A stretch of DNA of 64,000 nt, taken from contig OZ249436.1 of NCBI GenBank assembly GCA_965235115.1, positions 8,742,001 to 8,806,000 on the forward strand, given 5' to 3'. Of the stretch, positions 11,578 to 25,194 are shown piece by piece; positions within the stretch are counted from its first letter, which is position 1, and the number at the start of each line of letters is the position of its first letter. The notes below the pieces were generated by a model that saw only the letters and a program-made list of their open reading frames with translations, made no database searches and was not told where the DNA came from. This stretch comes from Laetmonice hystrix (Eukaryota). Position numbers and translations under genes: made by a program.

Positions 11578-14500
11578 CGGATACACATTGCACTTGACGA
11601 TCGTTAGCGACCACCAGAAGAAGTTTACAAACCACCTGTATATCATTCTGAACCTAATCAAGTACGCTGTCCCCTTAGCCCCGATCCCCACCCCGTATAC
11701 ACACACCCTCCTACACCCCTTCCAATAGAGGGATCGTGTTGGCACACAGACAGCCTAGGAGAAGTTCTGTTTATGATGGACACAGTGACATCCAGGGCAC
11801 CCCACACCCTGCCCGCGTTCTGGTGCAAACCAGCAACCATAAAACATGTTTTCAGTGCCCTTTGTTTCTGCTCACAAGAAACTCTTGTTAGACAAACGCC
11901 CAGTCGGAGCATGGCCTTTCCTGCAGCTCACCGTTTGCTTTTTCTTATATCCGCATGTTTATTGATTTTAAGGACCCGTGCTCATCACGATTCAGTCTGG
12001 CACCCGGACGCAAAATTGAATTTTAAAGGACAACTGTGCCATACAGAGGTGATTATTCTCATTAGGAGAGGGGATTGGAGAGCAGGCCCACCTCCCGGCT
12101 GTGGGACACGACTTGCACTATAAGATGTACGCTTGTCTGAGAAATAAAAGCCATCTGAAGGCTTATACATGATGGTTCGGTCAGCGATCAAACCGGGATA
12201 TAACTGTCAAACATTACTTGCTGGTAGTTTGAGAATAGGTGACAGGTGGTAGGATCCACAGGATAATGTCTATAGCAGTGGCGATATACAGTGCTTGGTG
12301 TAGTGACAGCAACATAATGAGCTCCTTCACAAGGAGCAGTTATTATATATTCGTATATACATCACTCTATTTGCGGGGTTTCGTGTAGACGAACGGTCGA
12401 CAGTCCGCCGATCCCGGCCTGTCTGAACAGCTGGTCCGTTCTCGTCCGACAACAGAGCCGATCCCGACCGGCAATAACAGCTGGTAGGATGCCAGTATGG
12501 TCGCTGGGTTCTCCCATGTGCACGGCTGACCCGGTATACGGCCCATAGCTGACACACAAACCGGGCTCGATCAGACAGTGCTCGCCGCCGGGTCCGAGTG
12601 GCCTACCGTTCTGCCCGGGACCTCGCCAACACCCCCGGCATGAAGGAGTAGGAGTCTGGGAGGGCGTGGCGGTGTCTGAGTGAGCGAACTCATCTGTATT
12701 ATGTGTGCCGGCCAGAACTCCAGCCTAGCTGCTGTTATCAAGGCGATAACTCACCCCGTCTCATTGTTTACATTTGGTCTTCCCTCCAAAGACAAACACC
12801 ACAAATGACCTCCCATATCATGTGATAAGATCGTGATGTAAAGCTGTTTATTACCAAGGTGTGTTTGGTTGTATTTTGTGAGTTCTCCATATTTCTGAAT
12901 AACGCCTGACGCCTCCTTCATATATTTGGATTCTTACAAGATCTCTGTATGTGCGTTCGAACATCCCTGTCTGCTCCACGGAACCTGTGTGCCAGTTCTA
13001 ACATACCAGAAAACTGCACAACCTTTATGGCGGCCATAGTGATATATTCACTTCTCATTCGGGGGGGAAAAAGAATGTGATGAAAATATGATCCTTGCCT
13101 CCCCTACTTCTGAGCAGGCAAGATGTTTGAGTGCTTCAGGGAGAAGGTGGGGTCCTGTGCCCACCCTTGTGTGCACGGTTCACTAGACATGAATACAACT
13201 TTGGTGTCCACAAATATTTCACACCTGACAGGTTAATTGGGTGGCTGCATTGTACATACATAGCGAACATAATTTATTGTCAAGTAATGGAACTTTTACA
13301 TGTTTGAACTAATGCCGTTTTCAGGGAACAAGACGGCAGCGTTTTACACATCATAATGATAGTCTGATTCGATCACTACCTTAGGAAGCCAGTAACGAGT
13401 TAGCCTAAGGTAGTTACATAAAAATTGTTGATTCCATGCTGTGTTTTAAGTTGAAATTATTTAAGGAAACGTAATTATGTTTATGTGGCCGTAAAGTAGG
13501 TTCCAAAGACTAGTAAGAAAAGTAGGCCTATCCTTGTTTATTATGAGTTCTTGATGGTATAGTATCGGAAGCCTTACTATAGTAGTGGGCTACACCAGGC
13601 TGTAGTATTCATAGTACGGCTATATGAGAGGCTGAATGTTCGCCTATCTGAGGTATAGGACGTTCACGTCGTGTCGATGCCATTGGCCGTGCATGGACGC
13701 TAACTGATGGAGTTCGCTGCCGGCCCTTTAAGATGATGCAGTGTACTCTTCAGTGATGGGGGAATGTCTGACCAAGTGACTATCTATAAAATGTACCATA
13801 ATATGATACATATATCGTATGTGGGTGTGGTTGTGAGAAGACAGGCCAGCCCTTGATATTGTCACGGATTGACAGGTCTGTGTCCCGACAACGAAATCGG
13901 CATGACTGGGCCTGCATCCTCATGACTCGGTGCCCGATGACACGGACATACGCGGCCTTATTAAAGAAATTTACGACTGTATATATTTGCAAACGTTAAA
14001 TATACCCTATGGCAGTACATTTCCTTCGACAAATCCACTGTCGTTGTGGCCAGTCCAGGCCAGTTTTTCCCCATCCCCAAGTCGTCCGAGTTGTGAATAG
14101 GCCTCCACTGTCCAAGTAGGCCTACATGAGAACCAGTGAAGACTGGAGAGGCGCTTAGCCCTAACGAAGAGACGGAGCCCTAGTTCTCCGCCCATAAATG
14201 TCCCGGGTGGACGACCAGATGGAGCTAAAGATTGCTTTGATGTTTGGTCCGCTGCTATAACGTATGAAGAGAGGACCAGCCGTGTTATTCCGCGTCTGCA
14301 CGACACGTGAGCGCGGCTGTGGTCGGGTTGCGGCAAGCACACGTACACCGGGCAGACCCGTCCCAGCACGCGGAAGCCTTTCCCGGTCGGTCGGCCAGCC
14401 AGCCGGTCGGCCAGCCGGCCAGCCAGCCAGCACACCATGGAGGCAGCAGTGTAACCCGAGCCGCGCTCACTCCCAAGCCAGCCAATAGACCGAGATCGAC

Positions 14501-16257
14501 TGGAAACGGATTCGTCAATGCAAATGACCATTCCGCCTCAACATACAGGCCTTAGCCCCTAATAAATTCTGTGATTATCCATCTACGCAAGGTCGTGGAC
14601 TCGCTGGTAACAAAGAAGCCCTCCTTACCATGTCGCTAAACAAAATGGCTTCACCCTGAACGAGACGGTATTAACTTGGCCCCACCACCAACAGTATCCC
14701 CTGTCCCAGGAAGCATTAGGCCTACAAGGCTGTGTATTCATACTGGTTGCTAAAATACTAGCAGTCAGTCTCACCCACTCATACCAAAGGCCGTCTGAAC
14801 TAGTTTGAGGTCTATTTCATGTCGACGTCTAAGGTAATGGCGTACAGGCCACGTTTCAGCGAACATGTTAGTGCTACGCCCAGTTACGCCGGCCTCGTGA
14901 TCGAGCCACAGTGTATTGCCATGCGCCTTACTTTTAGAACACCAACGCACAACATTCAGTGGTGTCTACGCTTGAAACCGGACGGAGCCTTCTTAAGAGA
15001 ATGACACAGCCGTACAGCCAGTCATATCAGGATTGTTGGAAAATTGTTGTCATGTCGTGACAATTATAATTATCGCAACTAATGGAGAAATACAAGAGTG
15101 TATGTTGTGTCGGGCACACTTCGGCAGCGCTCGCTCTGCTCGGCCATATTGGAACGCTGCGTTCCGGTATATGCTAATCCTCGCCTGAACATGCCGGCTG
15201 TGCCAAGCAGTGAGTCACCTCCCTCCGGCGTGTGTGGAAACCCCTGTGATGTCGGATGCATATTGTGCCTGCTTTTTCATCCTCCCCAAGCTCTATCTGT
15301 TTCCCGACGTGTCATTACACACACGGTAGAAATTTTGCGGACGTCTCCGCTCCACATATGTATCGTAGTGTCTGTTGGCCAATGGTTTGTCGAGGAGTGA
15401 TTTTGCCTGACTTTGTAAGCGCGTTATTTCAACACGCGCCATGAGTGTCATACCGACAAGACGGACCAGTTGACTGCAGGCAATGTTTTAGGCCTACTTG
15501 TTTTCTGGTACCGTGCTAGTCTTAGAATTGACGGACAATTCTTCACTGACATGGGTCCGATGACTATGTGAAACAACGAACCCACTGCCCTTTTCAGCTC
15601 ATGGGCAATAATGGGTGAGTAGAGAGGGTCTTGCCCATTAATCTGCCGGAATAGTGAGTGGAGGGTCGATATATCTCCCAGGGATATATGCACATGGGGA
15701 GAGGATAGGTTTCTTCACCATACAGATGTGGTTACAAGAAAAATATTCTTAAATGTCTGTAAGCTTTTGTGTAAATTAAAGACCTCTTCTTACTCAGAAC
15801 TTTCTCCAAGAATGTAGGCCTGGTTCTCTGCTTAGTCCAGTGAACTGTGATGGACTTGAACCTGTTTATAGAAGATGGGCAAATAAGTGACGTGTCCAAG
15901 TTGTCACGTGCCACAGACTATTTAGCCTGAAAAAAATGGCGGGATAATGCAATGCACAAAAACAAAACTAATGTTGCCGTAGTGTTTGAATTTCGTCAGA
16001 CAAAAAAAATCAATTTGTGCCCAGTTAGTTGAGAGAGGCAGACGGGGGATGCTGCTAGGGGACTGTGGGGCTGGGCCGGGTTGTATGGGGCCCGGGGAGC
16101 TATGGGCAGGTTGTCGGTTGGGGAGGGGGGGGGGGGGGCAGTCGGCGCCGTACTCTGTCGGTGGTTGACGTCTTACCATGCCGGTATAGGAACCCTGTCT
16201 ACAGCCTTCATTCATTCACGTTCACATCTTCATTTGAGCGTCAGGGGTTCTGACTCC

Positions 16258-16660
16258 TGGAGTGAACCAATGTGGGGGTGCAGGGGGTGAACCAATGTGT
16301 GGGTGCAGGGGGTGAACCAATGTGTGGGTGCAGGGGGTGAACCAATGTGGGGGTACAGGGGGTGAACCAATGTGGGGGTGCAGGGGGTGAACCAATGTGG
16401 GGGTGCAGGGGCGAACCAATGTGGGGGTGCAGGGGGCGAACCAATGTGGGGGTGCAGGGGGCGAACCAATGTGGGGGTGCAGGGGGTGAACCAATGTGGG
16501 GGTGCAGGGGGTGAACCAATGTGGGGGTGCAGGGTGTGTACCAATGTGGGGGTGCAGGGGTGAAACAATGTGGGGGTGCAGGGTGTGTACCAATGTGGGG
16601 GTGCAGGGGTGAAACACAATGTGGGGGTGCAGGGGACGAACCAATGTGGGGGTGCAGCAG
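16258..16660. repeat. G-rich ~25-bp minisatellite, ~16 copies
   Basis: Unit gaaccaatgtgggggtgcagggggt with small variants. Confidence 0.95.
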
Positions 16661-18612
16661 TGTAGGAATATCTTTTTAAACCAATAGAATAGTTAAGAGT
16701 TTCCCCGCAAACACCATTATCCATAGGCTGAGCCATCTCGTTATTAAAGGCTGGATACTATCTCTAGATGTATCTGTATATAGGCTGATAATGTTTAAAT
16801 AAATTTACATATCAAAATGATGCGGTTAGCATGGACATGTGGGTAATTTCTTATATATCCTGTCTTTCCATTTGTCGTTCCTGCCGAATGGTCACCCCTA
16901 CTCTGCATAAACTCGAATAGAATTTCCAAATTTAAGTTCCAGCTCCGGTCTACTTTGATTTATTACGACGACATGTAGGTAAAAGAATCACAGGGTACCC
17001 TGTAGGATCAACCCGCGACTCAATGAGGCACCCTGCCAATAATTGAAAGAACTAAGACCAAAGTTTAGCTCCGTACTTTTATCTAAGCACTGGATCAACC
17101 ATAATCTCCTACCCTTCTTCACCCGTTTGGACCCGCCTCAAGCCTAAATTCCACAGGCGTAGATTAGTATTAATGCACGAATCAAATGTTCTTAGGCACA
17201 CGGTGTCCCTTTCATAACATCAAAGAATTTTGTATTGTCGATTCGCTTTAAACCGTGAATGTATAGACCTATGGACACGAATTTTTTCCTGAACATTTCC
17301 CAATTTGCATACGTCATTTCTGGTTAACCCGATAAAACCATGAAATATTTATTCTGTAACTGTACGTAAATTTTTAAGGTGGCAGTGTAAATCTGGGCCG
17401 TGTACTGCTAGTAGAGGTTAAGACAAAGGAGGCAACAACAGCCTGTTGTGATTCTGGGCCAGGTACGTGTGGGCCCATGCCCCCCGACCCCACGAGAATT
17501 GGCACCTTGCTTCGCTGGATGCCGGACTGTAATTTTACTGTCTGGATACCACCCTGTTTATGTAGAAAACAAGGATTCCGTATATCCTCTGTCCCCTGTA
17601 GTAAGCCTAAACTCGTCAACACTATAACTCGGAAAATTTTAACAAAATTCCAGTATTAATTTTAATTTTTACGATTACTATCGTTTGAAACTTTAATTCA
17701 AATTAGCCCCAAAATGTACTGACGGTAATTGGCTCTTTGTATCGATAGAAATATACGGAACTGACAGTTCTTTCCTTCGATAATAAAAAATGAGTGAACT
17801 AAGTCTAAGTAGTGTAGACACTGAAGGGTTACGCAAGTAGCTCTGTAAAATAACGTGAGTGACATTGCCAGATTTCTCCGGCAATCAATGAGTTCCCACC
17901 TATTATTAAACTTATATAATATTAATATCCCAGCAGGTGTACACAGATTGTATCCGGCAGTTGTTACTCTGACCTCCTTCGAGAACATTGTAAGGATCAA
18001 GTGTCGACTGATAATAATTTTTGAACATCCTGGTGTTCCTCTCTCAATTCAGACATTAAACACGTAAAGCCTCACGTGTAATAATACAAATTTAGCGTAA
18101 AGGTGCCGGTCTTGTTGGTGAGACGTCGATATTGGGTGGATGGAAAACGCCAAAGGTTGACATGGTGCATGCTGTATGAAATCCGCTATCGCCCTCTACC
18201 TCCGCGACCTTGACCCACCCATTCGACCTTGACCCGGTCCGCGCGACCTTTGATTCGGAGTGTTGACGCCGATTTAACCCCTCTATACCCGACAGATCAA
18301 ATATTGAGTTTCCGCCATAAGAGAACAATTAGTGCTTAGTGGGACGTCGGGTAAAACGTTGGAGACACGCTACACGAAACGAATGGCCTCGTTATGGTAG
18401 AAGGTCAGTGACGTTGAAGTGCTTGAATACGGTGGTAACGCTTGATACGCAATACTGCGAGTGTCAGCGGAATTTCAGATTGCACTTCGTTAAGCAGTTT
18501 TAACATTATCCTCGATGTATAGGACATTGCGTGTTGGATTTTCTCCTCAGAGCAGGGCGCAATGTGTACCAGGATGTAGAATACTGGTATAGAAATAATA
18601 GGATCTTCTTAT

Positions 18613-18846
18613 TATACTGAACGGCAATGAAAACGCATAGGCTGAAAATATAGCTCAAATATTTATTTGAAAGGAACAGTCACATTTGATATTTGCCATG
18701 TGAGTATCGGGAACTGAACGGAAGAGATAACTCAGAAAACAACATTCCTGCTCTCAACCAAAACACTTTGCACATCCTACTATAGTGATGGAAATATATA
18801 CATTTGGACATAATATTAATATGCGTTTTCATTGCCGTTCAGTATA
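18613..18846. mobile_element. MITE with 27-bp perfect terminal inverted repeats (TA/TATA ends)
   Basis: tatactgaacggcaatgaaaacgcata (18613-18639) is the exact reverse complement of 18820-18846; AT-rich non-coding interior. TA ends suggest Tc1/mariner-type targeting (inference). Confidence 0.75.
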
Positions 18847-20202
18847 TTAAGTCATGTGACGTAAATATAGGCATATAGGCCTACCTATGATACAAAGTTA
18901 TGGACGGAAATCTGTTAGAGATGCCACCGCATCCGTACTAGCAGACACATATATGTATAGTAAATCATGGTATAGGCCTATAGAACCCCTTTACCTGAGA
19001 TGGACGGAGACAGATCTTGGTCGCTGGAAATCTGTTGTATATGATCGTATGCCCAGCAATTGGTGCATGGAATTATTATGTTTAAGGTCGTCAAGATTTT
19101 GTGCACTTGGGGGCGTGTATGTAATGCAATAGGCTAATTTATAGGAGCGGTCTTTGATTGAATATACATTTGTAACTGAAATGTAATTCTCGGACTTGTA
19201 ACTTGAGTTTTGTATTGAATCATTAAGGCAAGGTGATTTCAACTTAGTTCCTGCTAAAAATATGGCAGCTTTGGCAACTAGAGGCAGCTACACTCAAAAC
19301 ATTTTTCCAAAGGCCTTTGCATCTGTCATTAGCCGTTAGTATAGTTCCTGTTGAAATTTTAAAAGCGATTCAACTTAAAATTCAGCAAGACGACCATGTT
19401 AATTTATAGCTGATACTTAATGGACTCTTAAACGTACGCCTGACATTTAACTCTGGCGCGGCTACTTTTATTGTTCAACATGATTCTCAAGTTAAATACC
19501 GAGTATATTGAAATTGTAATTCCACTCATTTGAATTTCCGTACTGGTTCATCAATGCTTCATTATTGTATCTGATTAGTTGATGTGTTGTTCATCACATA
19601 TGATATTTAGTATCTGAAATATTACCTTTAGGCAAGCGGTAGAAACATTCATTTCGTCTGATTTAGAAACTTCGACTAGAGGTACTCCGGAGTTCAGGCA
19701 GGCTTTCTCCTTATAATGAGGGACTGAAGCATGTTGTAGCGGGGCCTGTAGTGGCAGGCTTTTCGAAAAAAATGAAAGCCAGAGAACTTTTATGGAACCC
19801 TGGTACTTTAGATTTATCCCAGTTGTTAGACGAAAGGTTCTCTGAGTTCACCCAATCATAGTTATAAGTAGGTTTAAATTAGAAAGGACTGACCAGTGCT
19901 TCTCGTATTGAATTTACCATAATCATGTAGAATGGAAAGGTACAAAGAAGTTGGATCCCCACGGCACGTCTGTTTCCAGCCCAGGCACGTATTTTGTGGC
20001 CCCCTTATTACATAATGTGCGGACCTGTCGGGTGTACTTGACTGGGCCGTCGGCGGTGACATGGCAGTGATGTTACGGTCACACGGACAACCCCCAGTTT
20101 CCGTGACGTCTCAGTGAGAAGGACGAAGGAGAGCGAGTTGAAGTGAGCACTGGCATATCGAATACACGAATGGATCACTTGACCGCCAGTCCTGTACATG
20201 GG

Positions 20203-20255
20203 CTGGTGGTGGTTGTGGTGGTGGTTGTGGTGGTGGTGCATGGTGGTGGCGGTGC
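20203..20255. repeat. (GGT)n microsatellite
   Basis: ctggtggtggttgtggtggtggttgtggtggtggtgcatggtggtgg. Confidence 0.85.
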
Positions 20256-20509
20256 AGGAGGAGATGTCGGTGGTTGTGAAAAACAGAGGTTAACGGGCCA
20301 TCCGGGGACGGAGCCAAGGCGGCTGAAGGTCATTTGTAAACATCCTACCCGCCCTCTACAGGCGAAGTGAAAAACTACAGATGCTAATTAAAAGGACAGT
20401 TATTGCGTTAGGCTGGAGAAAAAACACGCTGGCACAACAATCAACATCAAAAGAGATGCCGGCCATTTTAAATTTGCGACTTGCGATTACCGGTTTTCAA
20501 GTAGAGGTC

Positions 20510-21775
20510 TATCTCGTACAGTCAGGGGTCCGTTTCTATATCAGTCAGTCTCAAAGTATCCCGCCGTAACTTGTGATTACCAGTTTTCAAACATCTCGTA
20601 CAGTCAGGGTCCGTTTCTATATCAGTCAGTCTCAAAGTATCCCGCCGTAACTTGTGATGACCAGTTTTCAAACATCTCGTGCAGTCAGGGTCCGTTTCTA
20701 TATCAGTCAGTCTCAAAGTATCCCGCCGTAACTTGTGATGACCAGTTTTCAAACATCTCGTACAGTCAGGGGTCCGTTTCTATATCAGTCAGTCTCAAAG
20801 TATCCCGCCGTAACTTGTGATCAGTTTTCAAACATCTCGTACAGTCAAGGGTCCGTTTCTATATCAGTCAGTCTCAAAGTATCCCGCCGTAACTTGTGAT
20901 CAGTTTTCAAACATCTCGTACAGTCAGGGGTCCGTTTCTATATCAGTCAGTCTCAAAGTATCCCGCCGTAACTTGTGATTACCAGTTTTCAAACATCTCG
21001 TACAGTCAGGGTCCGTTTCTATATCAGTCAGTCTCAAAGTATCCCGCCGTAACTTGTGATTACCAGTTTTCAAACATCTCGTACAGTCAAGGGTCCGTTT
21101 CTATATCAGTCAGTCTCAAAGTATCCCGCCGTAACTTGTGATGACCAGTTTTCAAACATCTCGTACAGTCAGGGTCCGTTTCTATATCAGTCAGTCTCAA
21201 AGTATCCCGCCGTAACTTGTGATTACCAGTTTTCAAACATCTCGTACAGTCAAGGGTCCGTTTCTATATCAGTCAGTCTCAAAGTATGCCGCCGTAACTT
21301 GTGATTACCAGTTTTCAAATATCTCGTACAGTCAGGGGTCCGTTTCTATATCAGTCAGTCTCAAAGTATCCCGCCGTAACTTGTGATTACCAGTTTTCAA
21401 ATATCTCGTACAGTCAGGGGTCCGTTTCTATATCAGTCAGTCTCAAAGTATCCCGCCGTAACTTGTGATTACCAGTTTTCAAATATCTCGTACAGTCAAG
21501 GGTCCGTTTCTATATCAGTCAGTCTCAAAGTATCCCGCCGTAACTTGTGATTACCAGTTTTCAAATATCTCGTACAGTCAGGGGTCCGTTTCTATATCAG
21601 TCAGTCTCAAAGTATCCCGCCGTAACTTGTGATTACCAGTTTTCAAACATCTCGTACAGTCAGGGGTCCGTTTCTATATCAGTCAGTCTCAAAGTATCCC
21701 GCCGTAACTTGTGATTACCGTGCAGTTTTCAAACATCTCGTACAGTCAGGGGTCTCAAAGTATCCCGCCGTATAT
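20510..21775. repeat. ~81-82-bp minisatellite, ~15 copies
   Basis: Unit ccagttttcaaacatctcgtacagtcaggggtccgtttctatatcagtcagtctcaaagtatcccgccgtaacttgtgatta. Confidence 0.95.
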
Positions 21776-22596
21776 AACGTGAAATTGCTCTCCGGATGGC
21801 AAGTGTTTTGGATGGGCCGACTATCGTGAAGACGGGAAAAATTATATTGTTTCTCCTTTTAATCCTCCCCTTGGTATAAAATCTTTGTATTAGCATAACC
21901 TGTATTAGACTGCAGTAATCCGGCTTGTTCTGTGCACAGAGAAGTAATTCTCGTGAATTTCTTACTAACATTGACTTAAGAATTTTTCTCCAAATCTTCA
22001 TTGCCCATGATAGAAGGTAAGCTGTGCTGTATATAGTTACATGAGTGCCAGGATCGAGAGGCGGCGTGGTTCAAGGTAAAGTTCATATCGAATCACTGAG
22101 GCATTCTGTATGTTTTACCCGTTCCTATTCATTCTAATACAATAGATAGATGGGAAGATATTATTAAGGGAAATCATAAAGCTTGCTGGTGCTGGCCAAC
22201 CTGAATGGTTACCGTTTCTTCTTAGTCAGTGTTGAGGCGGTCCTCTGGCGGCCACCGGCTGACAACCTGACGCGGCCTTTGAACGGCCTTCGCCGGTTTT
22301 TGTTTGTCCTGACGCAGGCAGCCAACAGGGCATGTCTTCTTCCCTTCCAGTTGACTGAGAAAGAAAATATTTAGATTCTGATATTCAAATCGTTGGCCAG
22401 CTGACAAGATACCAACTACAAAATGAGAAAATAAGTAATTAAAATTCATGTCAATTGATTTGGACAACGATTTTATCTGAACCTTATTAATGCTGATTGA
22501 CATCAGGTTAGATTCAGCATGTATCAGTAATTATTTGGAATCAACTTCTTTATGCATGCGAGTCGTCGTACAAAGGTTGAGTGGGAAGGATCGAGG

Positions 22597-23095
22597 GCCG
22601 TAACCAGGGCCCAGCGGCCGTAGTAACCAGAGGCCAGCGGCCGTAGTAACCAGAGGCCAGCGGCCGTAGTAACCAGGGCCCAGCGGCCGTAGTAACCAGG
22701 ACCCAGCGGCCGTAGTAACCAGGGCCCAGCGGCCGTAGTAACCAGGGCCCAGCGGCCGTAGTAACCAGGGGCCAGCGGCCGTAGTAACCAGGGCCCAGCG
22801 GCCGGCCTGCACTGTTGGCCGTGGTAACCAGGGCCCAGCGGCCGTAGTAACCAGGGCCCAGCGGCCGGCCTGCACTGTTGGCCGTGGTAACCAGGGCCCA
22901 GCGGTCGTAGTAACCAGGGCCCAGCGGCCGGCCTGCCCCATGGGCCGTGGAAACCGGGGCCCAGCGGCAGGCCTGCCCTGTTGGCCATGGTAACCGGAGC
23001 CCAGCGGCCGGACTGCCCTGTTGGCCGTGGTAACCAGGGCCCAGCCTGCCCTGTTGGCCGTGGTAACCGGGGCCCAGCGGCCGGCCTGCCCTGTG
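22597..23095. repeat. GC-rich 23-bp/40-bp compound minisatellite
   Basis: Unit gtagtaaccagggcccagcggcc; rightward copies carry an extra ggcctgcactgttggcc. Confidence 0.9.
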
Positions 23096-23932
23096 GGCCG
23101 TGGCGTGCGCCGCGGTACATGTATACATGGGGCTGGAGCATGGGGCAGAATCCCAAGCGTGCATGGTGCTCCCGACGACTCGATTCGCTGTCCCTGGTTG
23201 GTGCAGCAGATGCAGTCCCAGGCCACGGTGGACATAAGACAGTGAGCCGCCGGATTACCTGGCCGCTCCAGTTCTCATTGACGCCCAGTATCAGGGTACT
23301 TCCCGAATCACTTGGTAGAGTATGATCGAGTAAATCATAGCTGATATCATTATGGAGCCATAGAGTCGCCCCAACCACTCAAAGCCATGTATCCTGGCCG
23401 GCTTTGAGACTGCCAAGTGCTTCGTATGATGTCAGGGAGTGTTTATCCTGCGTGCAGTGGAAGTTGGCGCACACAGCTTCGCCAAGATGTTCGAGGCCCT
23501 TGGGATGTCTGAAGAAGATGGTCTCCGCCCTCGGGATAGACATGGCATTCATCATCTCTGCCGCAGTTGTCTTTATACCCCGAGTTCTATACCGAGGTCA
23601 TATTACATAGAGACACACGGAATACTTAGCTTAATGCCTAATTGTTAAGTCAAGTGCCCGTTAATCGCCAGATTAAGACGAAGTGGCCAGGCATTAAGGG
23701 ATGATGGCGGGGACCGCTTACGGCTCAGGCTGTGCGCTATTTGCTCACAATGAAAACCATATGCTGCTGGCAGATAAGTTATCTACTATACGGCTTCGTA
23801 TATGTCATTACAGGAAGAACTAAGGGTATGTTCCCCTAACATGGGACATATAGAGTGTAGATACACTTATTTATAGCAACCTGATGAGCAGATATCCCTG
23901 CCGGAGTGGTAAATACGTCTTTGGCCGTTATC

Positions 23933-24778
23933 GAGGGCTCATTGTTCAGTACTGACCGGTCAATGATGATCCAGGGCTCATTGTTCAGTACTGACCGGTC
24001 AATGATGATCCAGGGCTCATTGTTCAGTACTGACCGGTCAATGATGATCCAGGGCGCATTGTGCAGTACTGACCGGTCAATGATGATCCAGGGCTCATTG
24101 TGCAGTACTGACCGGTCAATGATGATCCAGGGCTCATTGTGCAGTACTGACCGGTCAGTGATGATCCAGGGCTCATTGTTTAGTACTGACCAGTCAATGA
24201 TGATCCAGGGCTCATTGTGCAGTACTAACCGGCCAATGATGATCCAGGGCTCATTGTCCAGTACTGACCGGTCAATGATGATCCAGGGCTCATTGTTCAG
24301 TACTGACCGGTCAATGATGATCCAGGGCTCATTGTTCAGTACTGACCGGTCAATGATGATCCAGGGCTCATTGTTCAGTACTGACCGGTCAATGGTGATC
24401 CAGGGCTCATTGTTCAGTACTGACCGGTCAATGATGATCCAGGGCTCATTGTGCAGTACTAACCGGCCAATGATGATCCAGGGCTCATTGTGCAGTACTG
24501 ACCAGTCAATGATGATCCAGGGCTCATTGTGCAGTACTGACCGTTTAATGATGATCCATGGCTCATTGTGCAGTACTGACCGGTCAGTGATGATCCAGGG
24601 CTCATTGTGCAGTACTGACCGGTCAATGATGATCCAGGGCTCATTGTGCAGTACTGACCGGCCAATGATGATCCAGGGCTCATTGTGCAGTACTGACCGG
24701 TCAATGATGATCCAGGGCTCATTGTGCAGTACTGACCGGTCAATGATGATCCAGGGCTCATTGTGCAGTACTGACTAG
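23933..24778. repeat. 39-bp minisatellite, left part (~22 copies), interrupted by LTR element
   Basis: Unit ccagggctcattgtgcagtactgaccggtcaatgatgat; resumes at 34140. Confidence 0.95.
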
Positions 24779-25173
24779 TGATAACTATACATGTATATGT
24801 AATACTGTAAACCCTCATAGATGATAACTATTGATGTAATGTTGTAAACCATCATCATTAATATGCATGATATCGGAGAAGTCTAACCAGCTCCCGCCAG
24901 CACACCACGTTAGCCAATCAGCAGGGGTGCTACTAATTAACACCAGAACCCCACGCGGGACAAGGAAGACGCGGGGGAGAGAGAGACATGTTGCGCTACG
25001 AGTAAGACGTGCAGAGTGCAGTGCTGGTGTGTGAGCTGGGTGCCTTGTGTACGACCTGAGTACCCAATAAAACTATAGATTCAAACTGCCAAGCTGTGGA
25101 CTTTACCATTTGACGAGTTGAACTCCCTAGTAACGAAGGCTTTTACAAACTACCACAACAAGAAACTTTAACA
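24779..25173 (+). repeat. 5' LTR (395 bp)
   Basis: tgataactat...actttaaca; CCAAT 24914-24918, AATAAA 25066-25071; imperfect ~43-bp internal duplication at the 5' end; matches 33745-34139. Confidence 0.97.
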
Positions 25174-25194
25174 TTCTGGAGGAGAACCCCGGGT
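25174..25194 (+). other. Primer-binding-site position (ttc-TGGAGGAGAACCCCGGGT)
   Basis: TGG (complement of tRNA CCA) 3 nt after the 5' LTR; cognate tRNA not recognised. Confidence 0.55.

Noticed and set aside
23880-23912. Hammerhead-like CTGATGA-gcag..ctgc stem
   Set aside because: Followed by CGGA instead of GAAA; no stem I or III.
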